This document shows, one piece after another, positions 62,291 to 64,000 of a stretch of DNA of 64,000 nucleotides (its first letter is position 1; each line of letters begins with the position of its first letter). The translations under genes were made by a program, and so were the position numbers. Under the pieces are notes generated by a model. That model saw only the letters and a list, made by a program, of their open reading frames with translations. It was not told the origin of the DNA and did not search any database. The stretch is from the NCBI GenBank assembly GCA_964247055.1, contig OZ176057.1, positions 4,340,001-4,404,000 of the forward strand. Direction: 5' to 3'. Origin of the DNA: Paragordius varius. Lineage: Eukaryota > Animalia > Nematomorpha.

Positions 62291-64000
62291 AAAAATTGTT
62301 AATTTTTGGACATTATTATTACTATTAAAAATAATTAAGTATTAATAATATATGTCACGTCATATACCATTGATTGGTTAGACCCATAACTATTTGATTA
62401 TGTTGAATTTTACACTGTAGCAAAGTCGGTATTTATAAAATTTTATATCCATGCCACTATCTTTTTTTTTCATCCAGGCATAGAACTACTGTCAAATAAA
62501 CATAACTTTTGAAAAAGCTATGGAACAGAAATCATAAGAACGTGTGTGAATGATTTTATCTGTACAGCAACATCATATGAACGAAATATATTTCCCTCTA
62601 TTTTTGTTATCATATATTTGTATATTGTTTTTAGCAATTTGGTTAACATTTTTTTAAAACAAACATACCATTATGATCATTGTATATCCATATATATAAC
62701 ATATGATATAATTTTATGTACATACATTTATATTAAGTTTTTGTTGGATATTTTAATTGTTTTTAATGAGATAAATAGGAACGAACAAGATAATTTAATA
62801 TAAAACAACAAAAATCTGGTGTAACAAATAGGCAAAGTATGTTTTAATTTTGTATTGCGTCAGGGTTTAATATATCTTGTCGCATTATTCTAAAACGGGC
62901 TAGGTTTTAAAACGCAAAAACCGGAATTTCGCAACTTAAATATATGTTTTGACATCAAAAAATAATTTAAAATGCATAGTTTTAGAAAATTGAATTTTTA
63001 GCAATTTTTCGGAGCATGCCTACTACTTTTTTAGGAATGTAAATTTAAAATACTAATAGATATTATAACATTTTTCAACATAACTGATAATAGTGAACAT
63101 GCTTCAAAATTTCAATTAGCATTTATTTTTAAATTTTGGTTTTATATAAAAACACAATTTATATTTGACAGGAATCTGCAGCCAAACGAATATAATTGGA
63201 GGGGATAGAAATGTTGCGCATATTTTATAAAAGTGTTTTTATAATACTTAAAAGCGTTTTTATACGTTTTCATTATGCCTAAAAAAGGATTAAATATGCT
63301 TCGGCATTAAACTGCTTGCTAAAATTTTTTGTTTTTTTATGTCAAAACTCAACATATGAATATAATGCCCAATCCCGGCCATTTGCCTTTATTTTAAAAG
63401 GGCCCGTTTTAAGAAAGCAAAAAAAATTGGGACTTTAGGAGTGGAAATTAATCTTTTATAGTTAAATCAAACTAGATGGTGCTGCTAAACCACTCAAAAT
63501 GTAACACTATTAGCTTTAGAAACCAAGCTAATGCATAATGATAAAATATTTATATCATTTATAAATGCGCCTATCGTCATCTTTGCAATAACTGTTTTTT
63601 TTAATCTGGTAGATCTGGTGGCTATTAAAATTTTTTTTTAATGTTTAACAATTGAAATATAAACGACTTTTTTTATATAGTGGTGAAGGGGGTGGTGAAA
63701 TATGTTTGGAGGTGAGCTTTAACTATGCACTTTACAAAAAAAACTTATCAAAGTTCTATATAAAGTGATGAAAAGAAGTAATGATTTTTCTAAAACAATT
63801 AACTTTTGATGATCTAATAAAACAATACATATATAACTATTATACCTGAGACAACTGCAAGGATTAATATTAGTATAATTTTCATTCTTCATTGTATCGA
63901 GGTTAAAATACAAAAATAATATTAAAATATATTAGGGAGGATTAACGCGTATCCTAAGTAATAAGTATACGATTAAATGGTTGGTGTACGTGTATAGTAT

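Larger units (their letters stand above)
57458..64000 (+). repeat. Tandem array unit copy C (more diverged; runs off the window)
   Basis: Colinear with copies A and B, with a 2.5-kb insertion and an approximately 1.5-kb deletion. Confidence 0.92.

Overview
Very AT-rich eukaryotic DNA, probably an invertebrate animal (inferred from base composition and TE families; the taxon cannot be fixed). The window is intergenic or intronic and saturated with transposable elements. I find no intact protein-coding gene: the listed ORFs are repeat artefacts or fragments of decayed transposases and LINE proteins. The most notable signal is two unrelated families of small non-coding elements carrying type I hammerhead ribozymes with palindromic stem III, as known from Penelope-like elements and retrozymes. 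Family 1 (10831-11915) has three hammerheads, a 450-bp tandem period, an inverted copy and a 13-bp flanking direct repeat; an older relative lies at about 570-800. Family 2 lies at 41700-42119 and is duplicated at 49751-50171. Bases 37271-64000 are a tandem array of an approximately 8-kb unit in which each copy has a private insertion: a Blackjack-type hAT, a composite Helitron, and a Tip100/ZMYM1-type hAT containing a piggyBac-type MITE nested in itself. The paralogous empty sites confirm these boundaries. The rest is foldback and MITE elements (21-bp repeat arms, a 1.26-kb palindrome), hAT, RTE and APE relics, and (TA)n tracts. All alignments and folds were done by eye.
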